Sequence record: OZ035753.1
From: Dhillonvirus LF50P3
DNA length: 45,099 nucleotides
Direction: 5' to 3' (one strand)
In this document: piece by piece, positions 8,869 to 17,216 of the stretch
Position numbering within the stretch: the stretch's first letter is position 1
Layout of the letters: every line of letters starts with the position of its first letter
The notes under the pieces: generated by a model
Told to the model about the DNA's origin: nothing
Databases searched by the model: none
The model's input: the letters and a program-made list of their open reading frames with translations, nothing else
Program-made: the position numbers and the translations under genes

Positions 8869-9462
8869 GTGGCTGAAGTCTACTCATTCGCCGCCACTAT
8901 TGCTACGTGGGTGGATAAGACGAAGGAGAACAACGATAAGGCGGTGCGGGCGTACGGGATGCAAATACTCGGACGACTGATCGAGATCTCCCCGGTTGGC
9001 GACCCTCGCCGGTGGAAGATTAACAAGGCTTATGCGATGGCCCGCCAGCACGCGAACAAGGTGAACGCCGCACAGCGCCGCAAGAATGGCGGCAAACTGA
9101 AGCGTGGGCAGAAGAAGCACGCCAGTGTGCTCATCTCATTCAAAACTAAAAACGGCAACGTCACGTTCCGCCAGCGTGGCTGGGCGGCGAAGAATTACAC
9201 CGGAGGACGCTTCCGGGGAAACTGGCAGGTTACGTTCGACCGCCCGGCTGTCGGCGCTATTGACCGCGTGGACAAGGCCGGAACGGCAACATTAGCCGCG
9301 GGGCGTGAAGTGCTGGCGCATTATGATTCCGGTGAATACGGGTCGATCTGGTTTACTAACAATGTGCCGTATGCGCAGCGACTTGAGTATGGCTGGAGTA
9401 AACAAGCGCCCGCGGGGATTGTTCGCGTCGTAGCGGCAGAAATCAATTCGAAGGTGAAATAA
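8869..9462 (+). CDS. hypothetical structural protein (head-tail joining region)
   Basis: 197-aa ORF with GTG start at 8869 two nt after the upstream stop and RBS-like AAGGGG; positional call. Confidence 0.45.
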   Translation: MAEVYSFAATIATWVDKTKENNDKAVRAYGMQILGRLIEISPVGDPRRWKINKAYAMARQHANKVNAAQRRKNGGKLKRGQKKHASVLISFKTKNGNVTFRQRGWAAKNYTGGRFRGNWQVTFDRPAVGAIDRVDKAGTATLAAGREVLAHYDSGEYGSIWFTNNVPYAQRLEYGWSKQAPAGIVRVVAAEINSKVK

Positions 9463-9884
9463 TGAGCAATACTCTAATCCGCAAGGCGCTTAACAGCGTA
9501 GTAGAAGAATTATCGGTAAGCCTGAGCACTAACCAGCGCCCGATAAAGGTTAACTGGGAGAACGTGAGCGGCGACCACGCAAACGGCAGCGGTGTCTACC
9601 TCGAACCGTACCTGCTTCCGGCACCGACCCAGTTTGTGGGCTTCCAGCAGAAGGGCCGGATCTATGCAGGCGTGTATCAGATTGCCGTGGTATTTCCTGC
9701 TGGCACGGGCACACAGTATGCAAGCGAACTGGCGGACGCCATTGCGACGTCAGACAAGTGGCAGGCCGTAAGGCTTACCGGCGCTGCATTCCAGCTTCAG
9801 GACGCGCCATACACCAGTTCAGTGATTGAGGATGTTGACCGCGCCCGCATCGTGGTTACAGTGCCCTATTCCTGTTGTGCCTGA
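9462..9884 (+). CDS. hypothetical structural protein (tail completion-like)
   Basis: 140-aa ORF whose start overlaps the upstream stop; positioned just before the major tail protein. Confidence 0.4.
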   Translation: MSNTLIRKALNSVVEELSVSLSTNQRPIKVNWENVSGDHANGSGVYLEPYLLPAPTQFVGFQQKGRIYAGVYQIAVVFPAGTGTQYASELADAIATSDKWQAVRLTGAAFQLQDAPYTSSVIEDVDRARIVVTVPYSCCA

Positions 9885-9944
9885 TTTGGCGCAATTCTGC
9901 GCGTGCTGTATCATTAAACCGTATATCTAAACAGGAGCTTTATT

Positions 9945-10670
9945 ATGGGTTATCAACTTCCCAACGGGTCCAGCGTCCAGATCGGGTCCGTATTAGGCAG
10001 CGGCATCGCGGTTACGGCAGCTACCAACGCCGCCGCGTCGATCTCCGACCTTACGCAAGGTTGCGTAATTACCTGCGCGGCTTCGCATGGTCTGGTTGTT
10101 GGCGACGTTGTTATGTTCACTAAAACCCCGTGGGTCCGAGCGCTTAACCGCGCGTTCATCGTGGGTAAAGTGGATACTAACGACGTGACGCTGGCGCGCT
10201 TCGACACCGAAGACGTCACAAAATACCCGACCGGCGCTTTCAGCGTAGGCACTCCGGGCGAAGTGGTGAAGGTGTCGGGCTTTATCGACTTCCCTTTCAT
10301 TACTAACGTTGCCGTGTCTGGTGGCGACCAGCAGACGACTACCTTCCAGCCGTTACAGGTGAACACCGCAATCAGTCTTAACACCACGAAAAACCCGTTG
10401 GTTCAGACTTACACCTTCACCCACGACGAAGAAGACCCGATCCGCCCAATCCTGGAAGACCTGGACGACACACAGAAAACCACTGTGATTAAGTTCACGA
10501 ACCCAGCGGCAGCAAGCGGCAAAGGTGAAATCCGTATTTACCCTGCTAAGGTATCTTTCCAGAAGATTCCGTCCGCTGAAGTAAACAACGTGGAAACGGT
10601 ACAATCCACTCTGACCATGCAGTCTGATATGGTTATCTACCGTAAGGATCTGGTCGAGGCATTGTCTTGA
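9945..10670 (+). CDS. major tail protein (tail tube), putative
   Basis: 241-aa ORF with RBS AACAGGAG, immediately upstream of the G/G-T chaperone pair and followed by a strong terminator; canonical position for the tube protein. Confidence 0.6.
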   Translation: MGYQLPNGSSVQIGSVLGSGIAVTAATNAAASISDLTQGCVITCAASHGLVVGDVVMFTKTPWVRALNRAFIVGKVDTNDVTLARFDTEDVTKYPTGAFSVGTPGEVVKVSGFIDFPFITNVAVSGGDQQTTTFQPLQVNTAISLNTTKNPLVQTYTFTHDEEDPIRPILEDLDDTQKTTVIKFTNPAAASGKGEIRIYPAKVSFQKIPSAEVNNVETVQSTLTMQSDMVIYRKDLVEALS

Positions 10671-10700
10671 TTTGGTCGCTTAAATAGCGAGTGATAATAT

Positions 10701-10725
10701 GGGGCCAGCACGGCCCCTTTTTTTT
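10701..10725 (+). terminator. intrinsic terminator after the major tail gene
   Basis: GGGGCC-agcac-GGCCCC stem-loop followed by TTTTTTTT. Confidence 0.7.
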
Positions 10726-10741
10726 ATTGGAGAATATTACA

Positions 10742-11104
10742 ATGGCTAAAGCACCACTCTTCACACTTGACCCTAAGCCAACCTTTAAGCTGCAGATTGA
10801 GATCCCGCGCCCTGGCGAGAACGAACCGGGCAAGATGACGTTTACCGTACGCCACCGCCCGATCGACGAGTTTTCGCAGACCATGCAGGACACCGAACGC
10901 AAGCTGTCGGAATATGACGACAATGACCCGGACGGCTTTAACGTTATGGTCGAGGCCATCATGCACGTCGCAGAAGGCTGGAATCTGCCGGACGAATTTA
11001 ACGCGGAGAACGTCCGCCGCCTGGTGGTCAACTATCCACGCGCGTTCGGTGTGTTCCACACGTCGTACTATCTCGAACTGATGGGATTGCGTGAAAAAAA
11101 CTAA
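10742..11104 (+). CDS. tail assembly chaperone (lambda G-like)
   Basis: 120-aa ORF starting MAKAPLFT at 10742 (the listed 10691 start runs through the terminator); ends at a slippery heptamer; sits between major tail and tape measure genes. Confidence 0.6.
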   Translation: MAKAPLFTLDPKPTFKLQIEIPRPGENEPGKMTFTVRHRPIDEFSQTMQDTERKLSEYDDNDPDGFNVMVEAIMHVAEGWNLPDEFNAENVRRLVVNYPRAFGVFHTSYYLELMGLREKN

Positions 11105-11418
11105 TTGAGGCGGCGCGACGCTTTTATGGCCCGCCGCCACCCTCTGAAGATTTAGCCGCAAGTTTATGGGGCGCGGCCCCCGAAGATGTTTGTCCTCCTG
11201 TTGCACTATGGCCCGACAACGCGAAGATAGTCGCAGTCTTCACAGATTGCGCCACGCAATGGCGCACCGGATTTGGTGGCGCATACGGCATCGACTACGG
11301 CGTGCTGGAGTGGTTATTTAAGATGCACGGTATCGAAAACGAGCAGCGCGCGTTTAAAGATATCAAGCTAATGGAACGCATCGCGCTTGATGAAATGGCG
11401 CAGCAGAACCCAGCATAA
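10742..11418 (+). CDS. tail assembly chaperone G-T fusion made by -1 programmed frameshift
   Basis: Slippery heptamer A_AAA_AAC at 11095–11101 in the zero frame, 1 nt before the G stop; the -1 frame is open for about 105 further codons (KLIEAARRFYGPPPPSEDL...EMAQQNPA) to TAA 11416–11418 and has no start codon of its own near its 5' end. Confidence 0.55.
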
Positions 11419-11422
11419 TGAA

Positions 11423-11737
11423 GCGGGACAAGCGGGACGTCCCGTTTTGTCCCGCCCCTGTGAAACTGCATACCTACTCACTCTCATTGCATAATCTAAA
11501 AGCGGGACAAGCGGGACGTCCCGTTTTGTCCCACCCCACAAAAGTGCATACGTATTCGGTTTTCGTGCATAAAACAAACGGGACAGAAAGCGGGACAAAC
11601 AAGAGGCGGGACAAAGCGGGACAGCACCCCGTCCCCGCCAGTGCTGCCGCGGTTTTCAGCCGATCGGGACAGGCGGGACAACCCCCAGTCTTTCAGACTA
11701 GACGGGGGTCAATGGCCCCCTCGTCTGAGACTGAATA
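11423..11737. repeat. CGGGAC(A) motif array with two 33-bp hairpin-palindromes and a long stem-loop (copy 1)
   Basis: Near-palindromic units GCGGGACAAGCGGGACGTCCCGTTTTGTCCC(G/A)C at 11423–11455 and 11502–11534; four direct CGGGACA sites at 11579–11623; two more at 11665–11680; imperfect long hairpin 11686–11733. The 11576–11737 part recurs at 40063–40219. Confidence 0.7.
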
Positions 11738-11801
11738 AGGTTTGTTTTGAAATCGCTGATACAATATCCATCGGCAACTGCATAAAAAAGGGGACTGCAT
11801 A

Positions 11802-14444
11802 ATGGCAGATCAGGCAGCAGGCATCACGCTAAAGGCTGATGTTGCACAAATCAGAACGGCAAATACTGTGCTGGACTCCTTCGCACAGAAATCCGAGAAC
11901 ACAGAAAACAAGGTTAAGAAATTAAACGACACCCTCGGCAAATCCAAAAAGGTGACGAGTGACGCCGCGGGCGGAATGGAAAAGCTGGCAAACGAATCGC
12001 AGCGCGCCGCCGATGGCATGACTAAACAGGAGCGACTCGCCAACAGGTTAGGGATGTCGACTAAAAACCTGGGCTTTGCCTCGCGTAACGCCGCATTCCA
12101 GCTACAGGATATTGCGGTAACGCTTGAGATGGGGATGCCGGTTCACCGCGTCATGCTTCAGCAGTTACCGCAGCTAACTGGGGCGTTCGGTGGACTGGGT
12201 AACACGCTGCGTTATGTTGCGGGCTTCCTCGGCCCAGTAGGGATCGGCCTCGCCGCCGTAACGGCAACGTTAGGCGTGGGCGTGGCAATTACGTCCCGCG
12301 CAGAGAACCAGGTCGCCGCGCTTAACAAGACGCTGGCGCTGTCAGGTAACATTTCCGGCCTCACTGCAAACCAGATCCTGGTGTTATCCGAGAACGCCGA
12401 GCGCATGGGCGGATCATTCCGCAAGACGCGTGACACAATCCAGGCGCTGGCGGCGGCGGGTGTGAAAGCGGGTGGTGACTTCGGCGCATTGGCTAAGGTA
12501 GTTAATGACTTTGCGAAGGTGTCCAGCCAGCCGATCGAGGATGTGGTAGCGGCGGTGGCGAAGCTGTCAACCGACCCCGTTGGCGGACTGCGTGCGCTGG
12601 CGGATAAGTATCACGTCGTAAACGAAGCGCAGATCCAGCAGGTGCAGTCACTAGTGACGGCTGGTCGCGAAACCGAAGCGGTGGCGCTGGCTAACAAAAC
12701 AGCCGCAGCGTCGTTTACCACTATGACCAATGAGATCAAGTCCAACATGGGTACGCTTGAGCGGTCGATGAACGCCATCACCTCGGCAGCTAAATCTATG
12801 TGGGATGCCATCCTGGATGTTGGACGCGCGCAGTCATCGAATGAGTCCGAGATGAAAGCGCGTGAGTCATTGCAGCGGCTGACCACGGCTTACTATGCCG
12901 AGATGAAAGCGGTAAACGCTGCCGGTGGGGTGATGACTGAAGCGCAAAAAGCGCGTATTAATATGCTTTACAGCGAACTGGTAGCGCAGGAGAAGGTGGT
13001 GGCGTCGCTCACCCTGCGCAACCGAGCCGAGCGAGACAACGCAAGTGCCGCTGACGAAGCAGCAAAGGCGAACGAAGAGGCAAACCGCACCGCCCGCGAC
13101 CGCGCCGCGTTTGAGAAGGAGTACGCAACCAACGCGAAGAGGCGCGCCGACGAGATCGCCCGCCTCAATTTGCTTAATAAGCGCGGCGTGATTGACGAGA
13201 AAGAGCTTGCCGAGGCGGTGAAGCAGGTAAACGAGCGTTACAAAGACCCCGCCCCGAAGAAGGCCGCCGCTGTTCGAGTCGATGCCGGGCTGAAAATGCT
13301 GGAGGTCGCACGGAGCGAACTGGCACAGCTTCGAGAATCAGGCAAGCAGATCGAGGCCAACTCTTCGACGCAGACCCGCACGCAACGAGCGCAAGCGGCC
13401 CTTAACAAGCTGATTGCCGACAACGAGCAGTTAATCGCTGCGAGCAAAGAAAGGGCACTGACGGCAGCAGAGAAGCAGCAATTAGTCGAGTTCGGGCGCG
13501 TGAAGGAAGTCCGCGAGCAGATCGTCGAAGAAGCCAAATTGCTGGACGCGAAAGAGAAGCAGGTCAAGGCGCACGCGCAGATCGACGCCTTCGTTAAGAA
13601 CCAGAACGCCGAGCTAAAAGCCACCGCGGCGGGCTATGCGCTTTCCACTCGCGAAGCGGCTAACCTTCGCGAAGAATTGCAGCTAATTGATCGCCTGAAG
13701 CGGGTGGGCGCTAACGATACTGATATTGATCTGGCGGTATCTAAGCTGCGCGAAGTGCAGGAAGCACAGACCGGTGCTAACGCCTCGCTATGGGACGGCT
13801 TCAGCCGCGGGCTTAAGGATAGCGTGGATGAAATGGGTAACGGATATACGCAGATGGCGTCACTCACAAAATTCACGTTCGGCGCTATGCAGGACACGAT
13901 GAACGAGTTTTTCGAGACTGGCAAGCTGAACGCAAAGGATATGGTTAAGTCCATCCTGAGCGAATTAATCAAGCTGGCTACATCGCAGGCATTCAAGTCC
14001 ATCGTTAGCGCTTTCGGTGGCGACGGCGGCAAAAACGGATTGTTCGGCGCTATCTTCTCGGGCCTCACTAAGAATGCGGACGGCGGAGCGTACGCAGGGG
14101 GCAATCTCGCGGCCTATTCGGGGAAAGTGGTAAGCCAGCCTACCTTTTTCAGTTATGGCGTCCAGGCGTTCGCTAAGGGCGCAGGATTGATGGGTGAGGC
14201 CGGACCCGAAGCCATCATGCCACTGAAGCGCGGCCCGGACGGCAAACTTGGAGTCGCCGCTGCCGGTGTAGGCGGAGGGATGATTGTGACGACCAACGTT
14301 AACATGGGGACCGGTAAGACGGATACCAGTGTTAGCGGACCAGACCCGCGCACCGCGCAGGCGTTCGGAAAGCAAATCACCGAAGCGGTGAAGGCCGAGA
14401 TCGTGAAAGCGACGAAACCGGGTGGTGTACTTTACAAACGATGA
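11802..14444 (+). CDS. tail tape measure protein
   Basis: 880-aa, largely alpha-helical, Ala/Gln/Glu/Lys-rich ORF with hydrophobic and Gly-rich segments; downstream of G/G-T and upstream of the tail-tip genes. Confidence 0.85.
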   Translation: MADQAAGITLKADVAQIRTANTVLDSFAQKSENTENKVKKLNDTLGKSKKVTSDAAGGMEKLANESQRAADGMTKQERLANRLGMSTKNLGFASRNAAFQLQDIAVTLEMGMPVHRVMLQQLPQLTGAFGGLGNTLRYVAGFLGPVGIGLAAVTATLGVGVAITSRAENQVAALNKTLALSGNISGLTANQILVLSENAERMGGSFRKTRDTIQALAAAGVKAGGDFGALAKVVNDFAKVSSQPIEDVVAAVAKLSTDPVGGLRALADKYHVVNEAQIQQVQSLVTAGRETEAVALANKTAAASFTTMTNEIKSNMGTLERSMNAITSAAKSMWDAILDVGRAQSSNESEMKARESLQRLTTAYYAEMKAVNAAGGVMTEAQKARINMLYSELVAQEKVVASLTLRNRAERDNASAADEAAKANEEANRTARDRAAFEKEYATNAKRRADEIARLNLLNKRGVIDEKELAEAVKQVNERYKDPAPKKAAAVRVDAGLKMLEVARSELAQLRESGKQIEANSSTQTRTQRAQAALNKLIADNEQLIAASKERALTAAEKQQLVEFGRVKEVREQIVEEAKLLDAKEKQVKAHAQIDAFVKNQNAELKATAAGYALSTREAANLREELQLIDRLKRVGANDTDIDLAVSKLREVQEAQTGANASLWDGFSRGLKDSVDEMGNGYTQMASLTKFTFGAMQDTMNEFFETGKLNAKDMVKSILSELIKLATSQAFKSIVSAFGGDGGKNGLFGAIFSGLTKNADGGAYAGGNLAAYSGKVVSQPTFFSYGVQAFAKGAGLMGEAGPEAIMPLKRGPDGKLGVAAAGVGGGMIVTTNVNMGTGKTDTSVSGPDPRTAQAFGKQITEAVKAEIVKATKPGGVLYKR

Positions 14445-14451
14445 TAAAATG

Positions 14452-14480
14452 GCCCTCACATCCATCGTGGGGGCTTTTTT
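14452..14480 (+). terminator. intrinsic terminator after the tape measure gene
   Basis: GCCCTCAC...GTGGGGGC imperfect stem-loop followed by TTTTTT. Confidence 0.55.
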
Positions 14481-15080
14481 ATGTCACAAGGTACAATCAC
14501 ATTAACTAAGGGGAGTAAGACCGTTACGGGCGCGGGAACGGCGTTCCTTAGCGAGATCGGGAAGGTACGCGTATTCGCCCGCATCGACGGCAACGACTAC
14601 ACCGGCAAAATTGCAGCATTCAACTCGAACACGGTCATTACACTGAAAGATAACTGGGCCGGTCCGACAAAAGCCGGTGTGGCTTATGAGCTAATCGAAG
14701 CGCACGACCCGCGGTCAAACGAATGGCCCTATTACTGGCACATGCAATTGCAAGGCGGCGGGGACGTGCAGTTGGCTTTCCGGTCCGAGGAATTGCAATT
14801 CGGTAACGGTTACGGCCAGAACATCGCGGACGGCCCGAACGCCGAAACGAAACAGTTCCCCGTGCAATTCATCGGACTGACTACTGACAAGTGGTGCGAC
14901 CCTAAACTGGTTTACAACTTTCTTCGCGGTCACTTCGTCAAGCCGTTTGTCGTCACCGCGCCGGATGGCGAAACAGGTTTATTCGTGGTCGAGCGATCGA
15001 GCTTGTCGTACACTGACAACGGACACAACACGGCAACGGTGTCCGCCACCCTTAAGACTGCTATTGGATTCGTAAGATGA
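14481..15080 (+). CDS. minor tail protein (lambda M position)
   Basis: 199-aa ORF first after the tape measure; its N-terminus (MSQGTITLTKGSKTVTGAGTAF) resembles the N-terminus of the tail fiber at 21956. Confidence 0.5.
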   Translation: MSQGTITLTKGSKTVTGAGTAFLSEIGKVRVFARIDGNDYTGKIAAFNSNTVITLKDNWAGPTKAGVAYELIEAHDPRSNEWPYYWHMQLQGGGDVQLAFRSEELQFGNGYGQNIADGPNAETKQFPVQFIGLTTDKWCDPKLVYNFLRGHFVKPFVVTAPDGETGLFVVERSSLSYTDNGHNTATVSATLKTAIGFVR

Positions 15081-15865
15081 ATAAACTATATCGCGAGGCG
15101 ACACGCTTCGACCCATCGGGCCGCGTTCGCCTGATTCACATTGACGCTCAGGACGTGGAACCTGGAGACGGCGCGATCGGAGCGGGGCATCACTATTTTC
15201 ACTACTGCTTTATTCCGCACACTGCGGAGGATATTGCTGCCGCTGGGGGTGACGAGGATAAGCTGAAGCCAAAATCCATCTTCTTCGGCGGGCAGGAGTT
15301 CGAATTCTGGCCCTTCGATCTGTCTGGCCTTAACTTCTCCACATCGACGGCAGCAGAACCGCAACTAACAATCGTCGATATTGGCGGCATAATAACCCGG
15401 CTGTCGCTGAACCACGACCAGCTACTTGGCGCGAAGGTTGAGATCATTGATACGTTCGCGAAGTTCCTGGACAACGGGACAGATCCAGACCCGACGCAGA
15501 AACGAGTTCAGGAGTATTACATCGACTCGCAGGTCGGGCGCAATCCGGGCAAGCAAATTACCTTCGCACTATCCTCGCCTGCGGATATGGAAGGGCAGGT
15601 CGTTCCCCGTCGCCAAATCATGAATATGTGCGAATGGGCGCTCAACGGGAAGTACGCCAGCGGGGACGGCTGCACGTGGAACCTTGCGAAGCCTGGCATC
15701 AAATACTACGACGAGCGCGGAAACGAAGTCATCTCGATGAATATGGACCGCTGCGGCGGATGCTTGTCGGACTGCTATCTTCGTTTTGGGCAAGGGCTTG
15801 CGGACCCTAAAGCGGCGGTGCTGGACTTCGGCGGCTTTCCGGGGTCCAGATTAATTAAGGGGTAG
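15077..15865 (+). CDS. minor tail protein L-like
   Basis: 262-aa ORF overlapping the upstream stop; C-terminal cysteine cluster (CEWALNG...C...CGGCLSDC) consistent with the Fe-S site described for lambda gpL-type proteins. Confidence 0.6.
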   Translation: MNKLYREATRFDPSGRVRLIHIDAQDVEPGDGAIGAGHHYFHYCFIPHTAEDIAAAGGDEDKLKPKSIFFGGQEFEFWPFDLSGLNFSTSTAAEPQLTIVDIGGIITRLSLNHDQLLGAKVEIIDTFAKFLDNGTDPDPTQKRVQEYYIDSQVGRNPGKQITFALSSPADMEGQVVPRRQIMNMCEWALNGKYASGDGCTWNLAKPGIKYYDERGNEVISMNMDRCGGCLSDCYLRFGQGLADPKAAVLDFGGFPGSRLIKG

Positions 15866-15867
15866 TC

Positions 15868-16608
15868 ATGTTAACGAAGAAGGTTAAAAGCGATATCGCC
15901 GCACACGTCGCGGCATGTCTGCCGGAAGAAGCCTGCGGCCTGGTTGTCATGGTGGGCCGTAAGCAAGTATTCGTCCCGTGCCTTAACGTGTTTGAAGACC
16001 CGACCGGCGTGCGCTCACGCAAAGACGCTTTCACTATTAGTGATATGGCCTGGATGGATGCCGAGGATATGGGCGACGTCGTGCGCGTAGTCCACTCGCA
16101 CCCAGGTCAGCGCGAGTTAACCCCGTCGTTGGGCGACGTTAACGGATGCAACGGCAGCGGCGTCGTCTGGACCATCACTAACGAATATGGCGACTTCATC
16201 GAGATCGACCCGGAAGACCCGCCGCTGGTAGGCCGCCGATTTGTTCTCGGGGTTACTGACTGTTACGGCCTCGTCATGGCATGGCATAAAAAGCAGGGCG
16301 TAAACCTGCCAGACTTCCGCGTACCGTACAACTGGTGGGAGACAGGCGAAAACCTGTATATGGACAATTGGTATGGAGCGGGCTTCCGGGAGTGTGCGGA
16401 GAATACGCCAGGGGCGATGGTCATCATGCAGATTAGCGCGCCAGTGCCTAACCATGCCGGAATCTACCTTCCGGGCAACCAACTACTACACCATATCTAC
16501 GGCAGTCTGTCGAGCGTGATACCCTTCCGGTCAGGATTTTTCCGCGACAATGTGGTTAAATGGGTGCGTCATAAAGACCTACCGGGGAATATCACAGAAT
16601 GGCAATGA
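15868..16608 (+). CDS. tail tip protein K-like (JAB/MPN metalloprotease-like plus NlpC/P60-like)
   Basis: 246-aa ORF with a JAMM-type motif VVHSHPG and a downstream Cys/His-containing domain, as in lambda gpK-family proteins. Confidence 0.7.
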   Translation: MLTKKVKSDIAAHVAACLPEEACGLVVMVGRKQVFVPCLNVFEDPTGVRSRKDAFTISDMAWMDAEDMGDVVRVVHSHPGQRELTPSLGDVNGCNGSGVVWTITNEYGDFIEIDPEDPPLVGRRFVLGVTDCYGLVMAWHKKQGVNLPDFRVPYNWWETGENLYMDNWYGAGFRECAENTPGAMVIMQISAPVPNHAGIYLPGNQLLHHIYGSLSSVIPFRSGFFRDNVVKWVRHKDLPGNITEWQ

Positions 16609-17216
16609 CAACGTTTAAATTGTACGGCGTCTTAGGGCGTCGATTCGGTAAAGTGCATAAGCTGGACTGCTTCACACCGGGCGAAGGCATCACCGGCCTG
16701 TGTGTGAAGTTGCCCGGGTTACAAGACTTTTTAATGTCGGCCCACCTGGACAACATGATGTTCAAGGTGCGCAAAGGCGACCACACAATGACCGGTTATG
16801 ATGAGCTTGGCGAGTTCCACGGCAACCGCGTCGTTACCATCGCGCCTGTTATGACTGGCGCAAAAAGAGGATTGGGCCAATTGCTGGCGGGTGTCGCGAT
16901 CGTAGTGGCGTCGTTCTATACGGGCGGACTTGCTACTGCCGCTTTCGGGGCTTCTGCGGCAACCGCTGCCGCTATCGGTACGGCTACGTTTTCGTTCGGC
17001 ATGTCGATGGCGCTGGGTGGCGTTATGCAATTGTTGTCGCCTCAACCGAAAGGATTGCAGACACGGCAGGACGTGGATAACAAGGCTTCGTATGCGTTCG
17101 GGGGGCCGGTAAACACGACCGCGCAAGGGACCGCACTTGGTGTATTATGGGGCGAGCGTGAGATCGGCGGCGCTATTATTTCAGCCGGAATCGTAACCGA
17201 GGATTTGAACGAATGA
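16599..17216 (+). CDS. tail assembly protein I-like
   Basis: 205-aa ORF overlapping K; N-terminus MAMTTFKLYGVLGRRFG and a Gly/Ala-rich hydrophobic C-terminal part typical of lambda gpI-like proteins. Confidence 0.6.
   Translation: MAMTTFKLYGVLGRRFGKVHKLDCFTPGEGITGLCVKLPGLQDFLMSAHLDNMMFKVRKGDHTMTGYDELGEFHGNRVVTIAPVMTGAKRGLGQLLAGVAIVVASFYTGGLATAAFGASAATAAAIGTATFSFGMSMALGGVMQLLSPQPKGLQTRQDVDNKASYAFGGPVNTTAQGTALGVLWGEREIGGAIISAGIVTEDLNE

Noticed and set aside
11496-11681. Listed minus-strand ORF starting MSRLSRS, with a near-duplicate at 39945–40166; also the plus-strand ORFs 11418–11738 and 39960–40214.
   Set aside because: They lie entirely within the duplicated CGGGAC repeat arrays and long hairpins, have no RBS, and their similarity to each other reflects the DNA repeat; treated as non-coding.
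11423-11737. Possible CRISPR array, given the short direct repeats.
   Set aside because: Repeat units are only 7–8 bp with irregular 10–16 bp spacing and occur in both orientations; there are no uniform-length repeats or spacers and no cas genes.
11802-14465. Multiple listed antisense ORFs inside the tape measure gene (for example 13634–14104, 13965–14465, 13238–13624).
   Set aside because: Ala/Ser-rich low-complexity antisense products of a GC-rich, repeat-rich gene; no RBS and no independent support.
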